Source: a virus
Lineage: Duplodnaviria > Heunggongvirae > Uroviricota > Caudoviricetes
DNA: 64,000 nt
IMG/VR virus record: IMGVR_UViG_3300037484_000445
Location: 96,001 to 160,000 of that record
Direction: 5' to 3' (one strand)
Shown here: one piece after another, positions 1 to 8,395 of the stretch
How the letters are laid out: the number at the start of each line of letters is the position of its first letter
Numbering within the stretch: the first letter of the stretch is position 1
Notes under the pieces: generated by a model
The model's input: only the letters and a program-made list of their open reading frames with translations
Told to the model about the DNA's origin: nothing
Databases searched by the model: none
Translations under genes and position numbers: made by a program

Positions 1-1
1 G

Positions 2-163
2 ACGGAAAAAAACGGAAGCGGGAAGGTGTCTTTCATCTTCGACTCGTCCGTGTCAAACACGGAGGAGCTGAAGAACGCTTGGTTTGGGCAAACGGGTAAG
101 GTTCCAGCCCTTCCCTATGCAAACGCCATTAAGACCCTTAAATCGGTATGCCACATGCCCTGA
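2..163 (+). CDS. 5'-truncated small protein, DUF5659-like
   Basis: Not in the ORF track. Frame 2 reads TEKNGSGKVSFIFDSSVSNTEELKNAWFGQTGKVPALPYANAIKTLKSVCHMP-stop (TGA 161-163). The F-x-F...V-x-A-x-x-Y-x-x-AIK-x-LKS pattern resembles DUF5659 phage proteins. Confidence 0.55.
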   Translation, partial: TEKNGSGKVSFIFDSSVSNTEELKNAWFGQTGKVPALPYANAIKTLKSVCHMP

Positions 164-190
164 CATACGAGTCCTTTGTTCTAGTGGGTC

Positions 191-574
191 ATGGCAACTA
201 CCAATCGCACACGCGCCGTTCAAGTAAACCAAGTCATCTTCGACCAGGTTGAGATCCTGCAAGCGGATCTATTCACCCGGGTTTTGGGGTTGACTGTGGC
301 AAACGTGACCCTAACGTTGACTTACAACAATGGTGTTGTGAGTTGGCCTTTGGTCTCTGGTGTCAGCGTTATTGACTCTCTGATCGTTGCGGGCAACGTG
401 TATTGGGATCAACTACCCTCGGGGGCGTACGGGCTTCGATTCTTCCCAAATGCCCTCGGTACCTGGTCCATCGAGATTGCCTATTCCGCAGGGTCACCCA
501 ATCAGAGGGTGACCGTGACCTACGACGTTTTCAATCCACTCTCCATTGAGAATGAATTGAAAGCTTCGTTCTAA
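191..574 (+). CDS. hypothetical beta-rich (Ig-like) virion protein
   Basis: 127-aa ORF with alternating hydrophobic strands and a G-x-Y...G-x-W-x-I pattern, in the same orientation as all neighbours. Confidence 0.6.
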   Translation: MATTNRTRAVQVNQVIFDQVEILQADLFTRVLGLTVANVTLTLTYNNGVVSWPLVSGVSVIDSLIVAGNVYWDQLPSGAYGLRFFPNALGTWSIEIAYSAGSPNQRVTVTYDVFNPLSIENELKASF

Positions 575-595
575 CCCCTTCCAAGGGATATGTAA

Positions 596-2377
596 ATGAA
601 CACAGATGTAAGTGACTCTAAGGATACCTCTGCCGTCGAACGAGCTGCAAGACTAGCCAACAGTCCGGACCTTTGGAACGTTCTGTGGAAGTCTGAGGGT
701 CAAGATACCTGGCGAAAACAGGCTTTGACGCAGGTTTACTCAAGAATCGTTCACCTGATGCCTCGAGAGGCGTCGGTCGTTGATTTGGGTGGTGGATTGG
801 GTATCCTAGGCAAGCGTCTTCAAGGGGAGAAGAAGGCGAACGTAGTAGTCGCGGATCATAGTCCTGATGCCCTTCAGATCGCTTGTGAAGCGGGTTTAAA
901 GACGGTCGAACTAGACTTGGAGGGGGACTACTCGATTGATCTGTTTGAGGGTACTACACCAATTCTAGTGGCCACTGAAGTAGCCGAGCACTTGAGCCAC
1001 GAGGCCAGGCAGACGCTCTTCCAGAAGGCAGCCCAGGCGGGTCACGCCTTTATCTCTGTGCCGAATGACCGTTTGGGTCCTGATGAAGAGCCTCAGCACA
1101 CGATCAAGTACACAGCCCTCGAGTTTCTAGAGGACCTAAAAAAGCATTTCGAGCACGTCCGTGTTGAGGCCTTAGGTCCTTACTTGTTAGGGGTCTGTGG
1201 TTGGAAGAAAGCCTTCACCCTATCGGTTACCTTTCCGTGCCGCGACGAGGCCGATGACATCGAGGCAACCCTCGCAAGCTTACGTGGGGTGGCGGATGAG
1301 ATCGTCATTGGGGTTGATCCTAGGACCTCGGACAACACTCGAGAGATTGCCCGTAAGTATGCAGAAGTAGTCTTCGATTTGGTGGATCCTGAAGGCCCTG
1401 AGGGTGACCAAGTCCCTTCTGGGGGTGTCCACTTTTCATGGATCCGCAACCAGTGTATGGACCGTTGTAAGAGCGAGTGGATCTTCATGACGGAGGCCCA
1501 TGAACGCCTAGTTTCTGGCTGGGATGCTTTACTCAACTTAGATCAGCTTCCTAAGCATGCACGGATTGGTTTCGTCCTACGCACGGGTAGCGACCAACAA
1601 TGGGCTTTTCCGTGGTTATGTAAGCAGGATCCCAAGATTCGCTACATTCGCCAGACCCACAACACTTTAGATTACCCTGCCGGTACCTACGTGATTCAAC
1701 TTCCGCAGGTTAGGACCTTGCATGAGAGGACTAAGGACCGCGAAATCCAGCGGCATAAGCAGCGTAAGGTTCAAAACCGTGTGACTCTTTTAGATGATTG
1801 GGTCACCCACGGCAATGAGAACTCATTGCACTATCTTGGGGCTGAATGGCGTGAGCACAACCCTACTAAGGCGATTGAGCGTCTCGAGGAGTATCTCAAT
1901 TTACCTAAGAAAAACGGGCCTATGCGTTACCATACGCGGCTCATACTCTCGAAGCTGTATTCTCAACAGAACGACCTTAAGAAGGCTCGTGAAGTCCTCA
2001 TGGGCTGCGTCGAGGACGATTGGAATCGAACTGAGCATTGGGTTAGATTAGGGGATATTGCTCATATCGAGGATCGTTTAGAAGAGGCCCTTCAGTGGTA
2101 CATCTACGCAGGAACCCGGGTGGGAGATCCACCTTTCACTCTTTGGTGGGTGGACCTACACATGTATTCGTGGATTCCGGCACAAAGATTGGCCATGGTC
2201 TACGGAGAATTGGGTTTGCTTGACAAATCTCTTTATTGGGCAACTAGGGTGTTAGAACTGCTTCCTGACAACGCTGAACCCTCGGCGTTCGAAGAGGCAC
2301 AAGCCAATGTCACCCTAATAGAGGAGGCAATCGAAAATGCAGGCCAAGGACATTCAGAACTCGCTGGGAATGCCTGA
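596..2377 (+). CDS. class I SAM methyltransferase / GT2 glycosyltransferase / TPR fusion protein
   Basis: Methyltransferase motifs VVDLGGGLG, VADHS, TEVAEHL, ISVPN. GT2 N-terminus LSVTFPCRDEADDIEATLASL...DEIVIGVD...SDNTREIA...FSWIRN. C-terminal helical TPR-like repeats. Confidence 0.85.
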   Translation: MNTDVSDSKDTSAVERAARLANSPDLWNVLWKSEGQDTWRKQALTQVYSRIVHLMPREASVVDLGGGLGILGKRLQGEKKANVVVADHSPDALQIACEAGLKTVELDLEGDYSIDLFEGTTPILVATEVAEHLSHEARQTLFQKAAQAGHAFISVPNDRLGPDEEPQHTIKYTALEFLEDLKKHFEHVRVEALGPYLLGVCGWKKAFTLSVTFPCRDEADDIEATLASLRGVADEIVIGVDPRTSDNTREIARKYAEVVFDLVDPEGPEGDQVPSGGVHFSWIRNQCMDRCKSEWIFMTEAHERLVSGWDALLNLDQLPKHARIGFVLRTGSDQQWAFPWLCKQDPKIRYIRQTHNTLDYPAGTYVIQLPQVRTLHERTKDREIQRHKQRKVQNRVTLLDDWVTHGNENSLHYLGAEWREHNPTKAIERLEEYLNLPKKNGPMRYHTRLILSKLYSQQNDLKKAREVLMGCVEDDWNRTEHWVRLGDIAHIEDRLEEALQWYIYAGTRVGDPPFTLWWVDLHMYSWIPAQRLAMVYGELGLLDKSLYWATRVLELLPDNAEPSAFEEAQANVTLIEEAIENAGQGHSELAGNA

Positions 2378-2849
2378 CGAACTCCAGGCCAAGGGCATAT
2401 TTATCGTCGAGGTTATTCGCGACGGTAAGAATGGTCCCGAGGTCTTGCAGCGTCGGGTTACCCCAAACCTGGTAGTGAACACGGGCAAGCGCCAGCTGTG
2501 GCGTATGGCTTCGGGTTTGAACGCTACTGCTGGTTTCTTCGATCAGATGCGGATCGGCACTTCGGCCGTGGCCGCCAACTCTGGTCAGACCAATGTTGTC
2601 AGTCCCGTAACTGGTACGCTCAACACTGTTGATTCTCGTACTCTTCTTGCGGGTACACGTACGTTCCAGTGGGTAATTAGCTACGCTTCAGGTGCTGGCA
2701 CCAAGTCGGCTACGAACATCCGTGAAGTCGTGGTTTTGAACCAGAACACCTCTCCAGGTGGCTCGGCTCTCAGTCGTTCGGTGTTCACGGCGGTGAACAA
2801 GACGACCGCGGACAAGCTTCGTATCACCTACCGCGCTCGCGTGACATGA
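2337..2849 (+). CDS. small tail-collar/fibre-associated structural protein
   Basis: Shine-Dalgarno (SD) GAGGAGG at 2321-2327. The NLVVNTGK...IGT...IREVVVLN...SRSVFTAVNKT...LRITY pattern is typical of about 150-170 aa phage tail-collar/fibre proteins. Confidence 0.7.
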   Translation: MQAKDIQNSLGMPDELQAKGIFIVEVIRDGKNGPEVLQRRVTPNLVVNTGKRQLWRMASGLNATAGFFDQMRIGTSAVAANSGQTNVVSPVTGTLNTVDSRTLLAGTRTFQWVISYASGAGTKSATNIREVVVLNQNTSPGGSALSRSVFTAVNKTTADKLRITYRARVT

Positions 2850-2855
2850 CCCTCG

Positions 2856-2903
2856 CCACTGAACACCCTACTTGAGCTAAGTCTCGTGTAGAGTGTTCAG
2901 TGG
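2856..2903 (+). terminator. long stem-loop immediately after the 2337-2849 gene (terminator or RNA stability element)
   Basis: CCACTGAACACCCTAC (2856-2871) pairs with GTAGAGTGTTCAGTGG (2888-2903) with one mismatch. There is no U-tract. Confidence 0.5.
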
Positions 2904-2990
2904 GCTAAATACACAGCATTGGCGCTTGTGAGGATGCCGTGATCGATGTTCGTTTGTCGACACGGCATACTTGTGCGTTGGGTGGTCATT

Positions 2991-3449
2991 ATGCTGTACT
3001 CACGTGAGAACGACGACACACTCGTAATTTACGACACCCTTATCATTAGGGTTAGTAGAAATGTAGCCCCTAGGGCTTGTGTCCTACCGGTACGGGGGTT
3101 GATACCTTCTAGGACATTTGGGTATCTGCAGTCCTTAGGTCCGGGTGACTTGGCGATCCACCTCGAGAGTGACCAAGGGGCAGTTTCACCTTTTTCTGTC
3201 CACTACACCCTATACCAAGTAGCCTCTTCGGGAGCGTTACTTCGAATTGGCGTTTGTAAGACGGCTCTGGGTGATTCTTCAGGGGGTTACTACGTTGTGG
3301 GCCGTGCTGGGGAGCTAGGCCAACCCGGCCTTTGGGCGATTCGATGGGAGGTCCGCCTAACACATCATTCTATGCCCCAGTATGTTCAGCAGCAGTTCAC
3401 GGTTACTTCGGAATCCACCCTAGCCTCGAGTCGTATTCAAGGGTGGTAG
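2991..3449 (+). CDS. hypothetical virion protein, paralogue of the N-terminal domain of the 3872 neck protein
   Basis: In-frame ATG at 2991 (the track starts at 2946, inside a hairpin). Aligns by eye with the 3872 gene N-terminus (LG..DL.I.LE, Y.LY.V, DS.G.YY, G...IRW..R.T, V.Q.F.V). Confidence 0.6.
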   Translation: MLYSRENDDTLVIYDTLIIRVSRNVAPRACVLPVRGLIPSRTFGYLQSLGPGDLAIHLESDQGAVSPFSVHYTLYQVASSGALLRIGVCKTALGDSSGGYYVVGRAGELGQPGLWAIRWEVRLTHHSMPQYVQQQFTVTSESTLASSRIQGW

Positions 3450-3485
3450 AGAATCGATTTATGCTAATGCTTGAAGGGATCCGCT

Positions 3486-3872
3486 ATGTCCGCCAAGACC
3501 CTAGTGCAGCGCTTTAAGTCAGCCAACGAGGACGTGTGGCTTTCACGGGAAGATGTTGCTCAGATTTGTCCTTCCTGTGCCAACAAGATGGCTTCCAAGG
3601 GCATCTCCAAGGTTCGAGCTTCAGTGCTATTCTCGGACGAGCGCTTGATGACGGCTGCCCTAGGTCGGATGGCTAAGGGGTGGGGGAGTCTCCCCAAGGG
3701 GTGGACACAAGCATCTCTCAAAAGCTTTTGGGAGTCCTTGACGGGCGATCGTAAGCACAAGGTGACTGCGTGTATCTCTAAACTGAAGGGATCCGAAGGG
3801 GTCGATGATCCGGGAGCCTTTTGCGCATCACTCGCGGACCGCCTGGAACCCGGCTGGAGAAGCGAGCGATAA
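3486..3872 (+). CDS. hypothetical protein with CPSC motif
   Basis: ATG at 3486 downstream of a candidate promoter motif. The stop overlaps the next start (TAATG). Confidence 0.7.
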   Translation: MSAKTLVQRFKSANEDVWLSREDVAQICPSCANKMASKGISKVRASVLFSDERLMTAALGRMAKGWGSLPKGWTQASLKSFWESLTGDRKHKVTACISKLKGSEGVDDPGAFCASLADRLEPGWRSER

Positions 3873-4768
3873 TGTCTGTAGCCTTCCTTCGTGGGCAGCA
3901 GCTAGGGACAAGCGATCTGGACATCAGTTTGGAGAACTCGTCATCGTATCCTATTAATGCCGCTGAAATCAGTTATGCCTTATATGATGTGACCACGGGG
4001 CAAGAGGTCCTTTTAGGGATCCCGAGGAGAGATCCAGCCAATGATAGCGTAGGGCACTACTACGCTAGTGTCATCATCCCCTTGGACGCCAACATCGGGG
4101 ACTACCGAATTCGTTGGACTTTTCGAGAGACGGTCGGGGGTCCTATACACTCAGTTGTTCAAGAGTTCAACGTCATCGATAAGGCTCAGGCTGCAACAAA
4201 TTGTTGTTGTGTTTCACAGCACGAGTTAGAGCTGATCCGTAGACTAAGGATTCTGCTTCGGGACAACAACCCCGATCGTAACTACCACTTCCGACCCCCA
4301 GCCCACGAAGAGACCATCCGACAGTTCAACCAGGTATTTGGGTTCATTTGGGAGGACTATGAATTGGAGGAGTTCCTCTTTAACGGCCTGGATATGGTCT
4401 CGGCGGCTCCCCCTAGGACGCCTATTCCAAACTTTGAGGTCCTCTATAACAACTACCCAGAGTGGCGAACGTTGGTCCTCAACGGGGCTATGATGTATGC
4501 CTTATTTGCTATGATGGTGAATTGGATTGCCGATGAATTCGACTACTCCATCGGTGGTGTGTCCTTGTCCATCGAGAAATCAAGCAAATACGAGTCGGCT
4601 TACCAAGCCATCAAGGATCAATTCGACACTCAGCTCGAACGAGCCAAACAGACGGTGAAGATCGTCAAGGGTTTGCAACAACCTCGCTTTGGTATTGGTA
4701 TTCGATCCTCTTTCGGCCCGTACGTCGGAGCTGGTGTCCTAAGTCCCCGTAAATTCGTGGGTTTCTGA
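3872..4768 (+). CDS. putative neck / head-tail adaptor protein
   Basis: ATG at 3872 coupled to the upstream stop. Helical core ending in a DYSIGGVSLSI beta-hairpin plus coiled helix, as in head-tail adaptor proteins. Lies ahead of the head-closure gene. Confidence 0.6.
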   Translation: MSVAFLRGQQLGTSDLDISLENSSSYPINAAEISYALYDVTTGQEVLLGIPRRDPANDSVGHYYASVIIPLDANIGDYRIRWTFRETVGGPIHSVVQEFNVIDKAQAATNCCCVSQHELELIRRLRILLRDNNPDRNYHFRPPAHEETIRQFNQVFGFIWEDYELEEFLFNGLDMVSAAPPRTPIPNFEVLYNNYPEWRTLVLNGAMMYALFAMMVNWIADEFDYSIGGVSLSIEKSSKYESAYQAIKDQFDTQLERAKQTVKIVKGLQQPRFGIGIRSSFGPYVGAGVLSPRKFVGF

Positions 4769-4774
4769 TCCGGC

Positions 4775-4804
4775 TAATCCTTTTATCGGATCGATCCCTG
4801 TGAG
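4775..4804 (+). promoter_or_regulatory. bipartite upstream motif (candidate phage late promoter)
   Basis: TAATCCTTTTAT-N13-GTGAG. The same architecture recurs at 5207, 7682, 11382, 16216, 22094, 22372 and 46515. Confidence 0.55.
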
Positions 4805-4818
4805 CCCCTTGTGGGCAG

Positions 4819-5205
4819 ATGGACACCCAAATGACAAACGAGAAGCGTTCCCTTACGCCCGAAGATCCTGTAGACGCTGAGACCTTGGCTCAATTTGCTC
4901 GACTACAGGAGACCAAGCAACATCTGGCTTTGGTCTTGACTCAACTCGAGTTGGACAAGATCGAGATCCTTCGTTCTGTGAGTCGCATTGACGAGCAGAA
5001 TCGCAGGCTATTTGAAACATGCCTAGTTGATCGGGGTATTCCCCCCACCAACGATATTGAGATCGATTCCAAGACAGGCCGGCTTGTTCGCAAGAGAAGC
5101 CTTGAGGAAGTTACTGAACAGGCTCAACCCGTGCCTCCGCCTGAGGTTGCATCCGAGGTAATTGAACCTCCAGTTGAGCCTAGTGACCCTAAACCTGAGG
5201 GCTAG
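4819..5205 (+). CDS. hypothetical coiled-coil protein with Pro/Glu-rich tail
   Basis: 128-aa ORF filling the gap between the neck genes, with a heptad-like central helix. Confidence 0.7.
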   Translation: MDTQMTNEKRSLTPEDPVDAETLAQFARLQETKQHLALVLTQLELDKIEILRSVSRIDEQNRRLFETCLVDRGIPPTNDIEIDSKTGRLVRKRSLEEVTEQAQPVPPPEVASEVIEPPVEPSDPKPEG

Positions 5206-5206
5206 A

Positions 5207-5236
5207 AGTTCCCCTTATGGGCACTCTTGATCAGAG
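5207..5236 (+). promoter_or_regulatory. bipartite upstream motif (candidate late promoter)
   Basis: AGTTCCCCTTAT-N13-CAGAG, 3 nt before ATG 5240. Confidence 0.5.
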
Positions 5237-5239
5237 CCT

Positions 5240-6598
5240 ATGCCCTATGCCACTCAGCGCGATCGTGACCCTAGCATCCTAGAGGTGGAGCAGACGCCGT
5301 GGCCTGCTCCACCACTCTCATTGTTCTTGACTAGCGGGTACGTACCTGGGATTTTTGACCTAGTTTGGACAAATCCTTTGGATATGCGGTTGAACGCCCG
5401 CTTCCAAATCCTGGGCGTGAATCTCTATCGTTCGTTCGATTCCGAGTTCGGTCCTTATGACCGTGTGAATGAATTCCCAATAGGAACGACTTTTTGGCGA
5501 GACCAAACGGACAACGTAATGGTGCTCGATGAAGAGGTGACGGAAGACCGTTGGATCATTCAGGGCTACACGTCTGGATCTGAGTTGGAGGCACCGCGAT
5601 ACGTTTTTCGTACGGTGCATTGGCCTATCATTCAAGCTGGTTCTCAGAAGCTTCCCACGGCAAATCCCGACGACGTAGATGTCCGAATTGATGGACAACC
5701 TGCACGTATTGTGCGAATTCTTGGAGAGTCTGGCGAGATTGAGATCGATCCGAACGCCTATCCTGACGTAGCTACTCAAAGCAAGTATCCTGGCACTGTG
5801 CCTTCAACTACGTCTCAGGTGACTGTTAGCTATCGTTATACGCGGTCCTTCCTACGTACTGATCTCAGTCAGAGGGTTTTTTACCGGGTTACGGCCGTAG
5901 GTTATCTTGTAGACGCTAACGGTGGCATCGACTTGAACCAGTTGATGGAAACGCCTCTTGAGAGAGCCGCCTTCACCAGCAGCTATGAAATCGAGAAGAT
6001 CGACTACATATGGCGTGAAGCTGTCCGACGTAACCGTTGGATTCTCGACCAAGGTGGGGAACGAGTCAAGGTCTTCATCCGCAAGCGTGTAGGCATGACT
6101 TGCCCTTGCTACTCGACGACGACACACCATCAAGCTTTGGGTGATTGTATTTCTTGCTACGGTACGGGCATCATTGGCGGCTACGAGGGTCCATACGACA
6201 TCGTAATTGCTCCGGACGACTCCAACCGGAAGATAGCCTCGCAGGCTATGGGTGGCACCGTAGAACACACTTACGAGGTTTGGACGGGGCCTAGTCCTTT
6301 GTTAACCCAAAGGGACTTCTTCGTCAAAATCAACGGTGAACGCTACAGTGTTGGTGCTGTGAGGATGCCTACCAATCGCGGTATGGTTCTGCAGCAACAC
6401 TTCGATATAGGCCATCTCGATGAGAAGGACATACGGTACAAGGTCCCGGTAGATAGCTTGGTACACAGCTTGGCAAACCAAGCACAACTTTTGGTGCCCC
6501 CTCTCAATAGTCCAGCTCAGATTACGGACAAACCCAATATCCCAGATGAACGTGAGCTACGAGGCCGCAACATTGTTTGGGAAAACATCACCTACTAA
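5240..6598 (+). CDS. putative head-closure/neck protein with Zn-binding CxC...CxxC motif and N-terminal FN3-like domain
   Basis: GERVKVFIRKRVGMTCPC...DCISCYGTGIIGGY followed by a stopper-like beta-barrel (RDFFVKINGERYSV). The N-terminus has an FN3-like W...NLYRS...FYRVTAV pattern. Confidence 0.6.
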   Translation: MPYATQRDRDPSILEVEQTPWPAPPLSLFLTSGYVPGIFDLVWTNPLDMRLNARFQILGVNLYRSFDSEFGPYDRVNEFPIGTTFWRDQTDNVMVLDEEVTEDRWIIQGYTSGSELEAPRYVFRTVHWPIIQAGSQKLPTANPDDVDVRIDGQPARIVRILGESGEIEIDPNAYPDVATQSKYPGTVPSTTSQVTVSYRYTRSFLRTDLSQRVFYRVTAVGYLVDANGGIDLNQLMETPLERAAFTSSYEIEKIDYIWREAVRRNRWILDQGGERVKVFIRKRVGMTCPCYSTTTHHQALGDCISCYGTGIIGGYEGPYDIVIAPDDSNRKIASQAMGGTVEHTYEVWTGPSPLLTQRDFFVKINGERYSVGAVRMPTNRGMVLQQHFDIGHLDEKDIRYKVPVDSLVHSLANQAQLLVPPLNSPAQITDKPNIPDERELRGRNIVWENITY

Positions 6599-6599
6599 C

Positions 6600-7100
6600 A
6601 TGGTCTTCTTTCCCCGATTCCGTATCAACCTGAAGCCCCTAATCCCCGAGGGTATGGGTGATGTTGATGCTAAGAAAGTCCTGAAGGCCGTGCAGAAGGA
6701 GATCCTCAAGTCGCTTCAAGATGAGATCCAAGGTCAAGCCTTTTCCCACAGAGCTAAGGCGGCTTTAGCTAAGGGTATGACCACCAAGATGGGCCCCAAT
6801 AGCCTAACTGTCATTGCAACGCATCCAGCCTTTCTACCCCTTCTCGACGGGCAGAAGCGTCAGCAAATGACTTGGCTTACGAAGGCTAAGACACCCATAC
6901 CCATCATCTTGGACAACGGTGAATTGATCTTTCGAAACGCCACGCCACACTCTATGAATCGTGGGCGTTGGTATCACCCTGGGCGCCAGTCAACCACGGT
7001 TATCGAAAAGGCTCGTGACCACACGCGTGAGGTAATCAAGAAACGCTTAGCCAAAGAGCTTCAGCGTAGGCTCGGTAAGGCCATGCGGGGCGGAAGATGA
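6600..7100 (+). CDS. putative tail-completion (HK97 gp10-like) neck protein
   Basis: ATG at 6600 just after the upstream stop. Basic protein ending in W-x-HPG plus an amphipathic helix, in the expected position after the head-closure gene. Confidence 0.5.
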   Translation: MVFFPRFRINLKPLIPEGMGDVDAKKVLKAVQKEILKSLQDEIQGQAFSHRAKAALAKGMTTKMGPNSLTVIATHPAFLPLLDGQKRQQMTWLTKAKTPIPIILDNGELIFRNATPHSMNRGRWYHPGRQSTTVIEKARDHTREVIKKRLAKELQRRLGKAMRGGR

Positions 7101-7684
7101 AGGGCGGTATGTTAGTCACCAAATCTTCTACGGGCTCGTTTCTCATTGAGGACATCAAGATCTGTGTTACTCATGGTGGTACGGGTACGTACATTTGTGC
7201 GGATGACGCCGTTAACTCTTCGGACCTTTACCGAGCCATCAACTCGGGTGTCCTAATGCTGTTGGTTGATTCTATGCCTCAGGTTCCTGTAAAGCCGGCC
7301 CAACAACCTGGATTCTCAAAAGAGGAGCTCCTACAGAACGAAAATCAGGAGCTTCGTGAGGCTCTAGCTCGCTCGACTCAACAGGGGGACTCCCTTCAGA
7401 CGAGTATGTCCTCGTTGCAGGACCAGCTAACCACTCTTTTGGCCGCCGTAGGGCGCATAGAGACGGCGCCTAAGGCCGTTCAGACCATAGTCGTAGCAGA
7501 AGGTCAGGCAAGGTCTGTCCAGGCTCAAGAGCCTTCTGAGAGGCTCCCTGTGTTCGTTCCCGATGATTTGATCCCTAAAGATGCGGAAGTACGGATCAAC
7601 TTCCACACAGAGACCGCTGAGGAAGACACGACTTCAGACACCGTTAGTAAACTGCGGGAGTTACGTCGAAGGAACAAGGGTTGA
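7097..7684 (+). CDS. hypothetical coiled-coil protein
   Basis: ATGA overlap with the previous stop, central coiled coil, KLRELRRR C-terminus. Confidence 0.7.
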   Translation: MKGGMLVTKSSTGSFLIEDIKICVTHGGTGTYICADDAVNSSDLYRAINSGVLMLLVDSMPQVPVKPAQQPGFSKEELLQNENQELREALARSTQQGDSLQTSMSSLQDQLTTLLAAVGRIETAPKAVQTIVVAEGQARSVQAQEPSERLPVFVPDDLIPKDAEVRINFHTETAEEDTTSDTVSKLRELRRRNKG

Positions 7685-7713
7685 TCTTTTGATGGCCCCT
7701 TGTTTCATGTGAG
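7682..7713 (+). promoter_or_regulatory. bipartite upstream motif (candidate late promoter)
   Basis: TGATCTTTTGAT-N15-GTGAG upstream of ATG 7720. Confidence 0.45.
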
Positions 7714-7719
7714 GTATTT

Positions 7720-8382
7720 ATGTCCGCGAATTCTAGTGAGAGCCAGAAGGTTGTTTGGTACGCCCCGACAGACTATGATGCCCTGAAGCACGGGCCTCCC
7801 TACTTGCCCCCATCGGGAGCAGTCAAGCTGAGCTCTGAGCAACGAGCGAGCATAAAGACCCATATCAAGCAAGCCGCCTTCTATGACGCTCCATCAATCA
7901 TGGACCCAGGAGCTTCGAGTTCAACACACCTGACCCAACTCTTAGGGCTTCTTCAAGCTTTGGCCATGTTGCATCAGGCACACCATTGGAACACTAAAGG
8001 TTCTGCCTACTACGCTGATCACTTGTTGTTCGAGCGATTGTACAACGATTCCGTCGGCTTTATCGATGGGTTAGCTGAAAAGGCTTTGGGCCTGAAAGAA
8101 ACTGTCACGGTCATAGCCGTGAATCAGGCTCAAATCATTCACGAGCTCTTAGCTTTTTTCGGTCAGGGTTCCAACCCCGATGAGATGGTGGCTATCAGTC
8201 TGAAGGCTGAGATGGTCTGTTTGAACTGCATAGCCAAGGTGCTGGACACCAAAGAGCTAGAGGGAACCCTTTCACACGGCCTTTCGAACATGTTGGAAGG
8301 GGTCGCAGATAAACATGAAGAGTTCGTTTACCTTTTGCAGCAACGTCACTCCGACCAGGTCTATAACTACGACCGTAGGTAG
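7720..8382 (+). CDS. dps: Dps-like ferritin-superfamily protein with N-terminal extension
   Basis: HQAHHWNTKG...ADHLLFERLYND...IDGLAEK matches the Dps ferroxidase signature (HWNxxG, H-x3-E, D-x3-E). Confidence 0.8.
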   Translation: MSANSSESQKVVWYAPTDYDALKHGPPYLPPSGAVKLSSEQRASIKTHIKQAAFYDAPSIMDPGASSSTHLTQLLGLLQALAMLHQAHHWNTKGSAYYADHLLFERLYNDSVGFIDGLAEKALGLKETVTVIAVNQAQIIHELLAFFGQGSNPDEMVAISLKAEMVCLNCIAKVLDTKELEGTLSHGLSNMLEGVADKHEEFVYLLQQRHSDQVYNYDRR

Positions 8383-8395
8383 AACGCGAGCGACA

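Noticed and set aside
2850-2990. tRNA or IS200/IS605-associated RNA
   Set aside because: No cloverleaf or T-loop consensus and no adjacent transposase, TnpB or IscB gene. Kept only as an unexplained structured region.
8315-8395. Track start of the nuclease-actin ORF at 8315
   Set aside because: It overlaps the Dps-like gene by 68 nt. ATG 8396, just after the Dps stop, is more plausible.
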